Under the pieces are notes generated by a model, which saw nothing but the letters and a program-made list of their open reading frames with translations, made no database searches and had not been told where the DNA came from. A stretch of 45,390 nucleotides of DNA, taken from positions 1 to 45,390 of the forward strand of contig CANROP010000001.1 of NCBI GenBank assembly GCA_947632265.1, given 5' to 3'. Position numbers and translations under genes: made by a program. This stretch comes from an uncultured Bacilli bacterium. GTDB lineage: Bacteria; Bacillota_I; Bacilli_A; RF39; UBA660. Of the stretch, positions 44,749 through 45,390 are shown piece after piece. Every line of letters begins with the position of its first letter. Positions within the stretch are counted from its first letter, which is position 1.

Positions 44749-45390
44749 CTACGCAGCGGCAAGCACAACGCGGAACCCGTAGGTACCGTAACTAGTGCCA
44801 TGGGCCAAGTGAAGTAGAACACTCCCGCAGCAGCCACACCGTAGGAGTTGCCACCGCGTTCGAACCAAGGAAGGAAGAACTAACGAAATCTGCATAATCG
44901 CTATACCAGCCACTCGTTTCGCTTAAGGCATGTCCGTAACATACTCCTCCACTACATGCTGTTGTTGCAGTTGTTGTTGTATATTTATCGTAATATTTTA
45001 AGTCTGGCATTGCAGAGAAACCATCATACTTTATTGTGTCATTATAGTTTCCCATTACATATTCCCAGGCTCCTCCACTCATGTCATATACTCCTGTAAT
45101 ATTTCCTGTTGTACTTGCTCCTCCTCCACATTGTCCTTGACCTGAGCCTCTATCATCTATTTCATCATATTTACATGTTCCAGCACTGTTCGAACTTGCA
45201 CTCGGTGTTCCTCCACTTCGTCCTGTATAAAAATCACTTGAATTATTTATATATACTTCTTTATTTGTTCCTGTATAACCTTGATTACCATATTTACCAT
45301 ATTTACTTTGGGATAAATATGCGACTGCTCCCCACTCACTATTCTTTGCCATATGACTATCATAGCCTGTTACTTTTAATTGTTGGGCTG
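44749..45390 (-). pseudogene. 3' part of a C-type-lectin/FGE-fold variable protein (DGR target type); open to the right window edge and apparently frameshifted in its last ~120 nt
   Basis: The motif ITGVYDMSGGAWEYVMG is FGE/CLec-like. The frame stays open upstream of the first Met to position 45390 (AQQLKVTGYDSH MAKN...). The canonical C-terminal motifs are split over three frames: track frame ...DFVSSS, second frame PWFERGGNSYGVAAAGVFYFT, third frame HGTSYGTYGFRVVLAAA ending at TAG 44749-44751. Confidence 0.55.
44752..44870 (-). other. Putative DGR variable region (VR)
   Basis: The stretch is GC-rich and adenine-poor on the coding strand. I count about 14 A in about 119 nt, in a genome whose coding strands are A-rich. 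It encodes the RGG...AGVF...GFRVVL scaffold typical of DGR VRs. A hairpin (44715-44720 with 44737-44742) follows 7 nt after the stop. Confidence 0.5.

Noticed and set aside
44855-44870. GGTTCGAAC on the minus strand as a tRNA T-arm.
   Set aside because: It lies inside the variable-region coding sequence (W-F-E codons). No acceptor, D or anticodon arms can be built around it. I saw no tRNA or rRNA gene anywhere in the window.

Overview
This is a very AT-rich chromosomal segment that uses the standard genetic code. It looks like a low-GC Firmicute (Clostridia or Erysipelotrichia-like), and almost every gene is on the minus strand. All family assignments below come from reading motifs by eye; no homology search was possible.

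Core genes:
- parE, a class-I glutamine amidotransferase, and parC (3.4-8.8 kb).
- rsmD, ylbE-like, ylbD-like, mtaB, yqeY and rpsU (32.5-35.8 kb).
- A long U32 peptidase (42.3-44.5 kb).

Accessory genes:
- An AbiL-like ATPase + RloB pair (0.5-2.4 kb), followed by a roughly 1-kb ORF-poor gap. The gap holds a promoter/terminator-bounded small RNA candidate, a gene remnant and a riboswitch-like structured element.
- An Rpn/PD-(D/E)XK-like gene and an orphan prepilin-like Ig-domain protein.
- A 16-kb surface-polysaccharide locus (12.9-28.5 kb). It encodes a TagO/WecA-type initiator, Wzx, Wzy, several glycosyltransferases, a pyruvyl-transferase module and a UDP-GlcNAc 2-epimerase.
- A cohesin-bearing membrane protein next to a dockerin-bearing peptidoglycan hydrolase.
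- A double-glycine bacteriocin export locus with two small peptide genes that the ORF track misses.
- A GtrA/GT2/GT-C glycosylation module.
- At the right edge, the 3' end of a gene carrying a diversity-generating-retroelement-type variable region, which appears frameshifted.

Best candidate for something undescribed: a roughly 615-nt ORF-free island at 12126-12742 with much higher G+C than its flanks. On the minus strand it sits between an exact consensus promoter (TTGACA, 17 nt, TATAAT) and a hairpin with a U-tract terminator. That makes it a candidate large structured non-coding RNA. I could not assign it to RNase P, tmRNA, SRP, 6S or a group II intron, and its gene context is not the OLE or ROOL/GOLLD context as I recall it.

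Second-tier oddities:
- An array of 11 TGTCG(C/T)CAA repeats directly upstream of parC.
- The cohesin-dockerin autolysin pair.
- The DGR variable region, with no template repeat or reverse transcriptase in the window.
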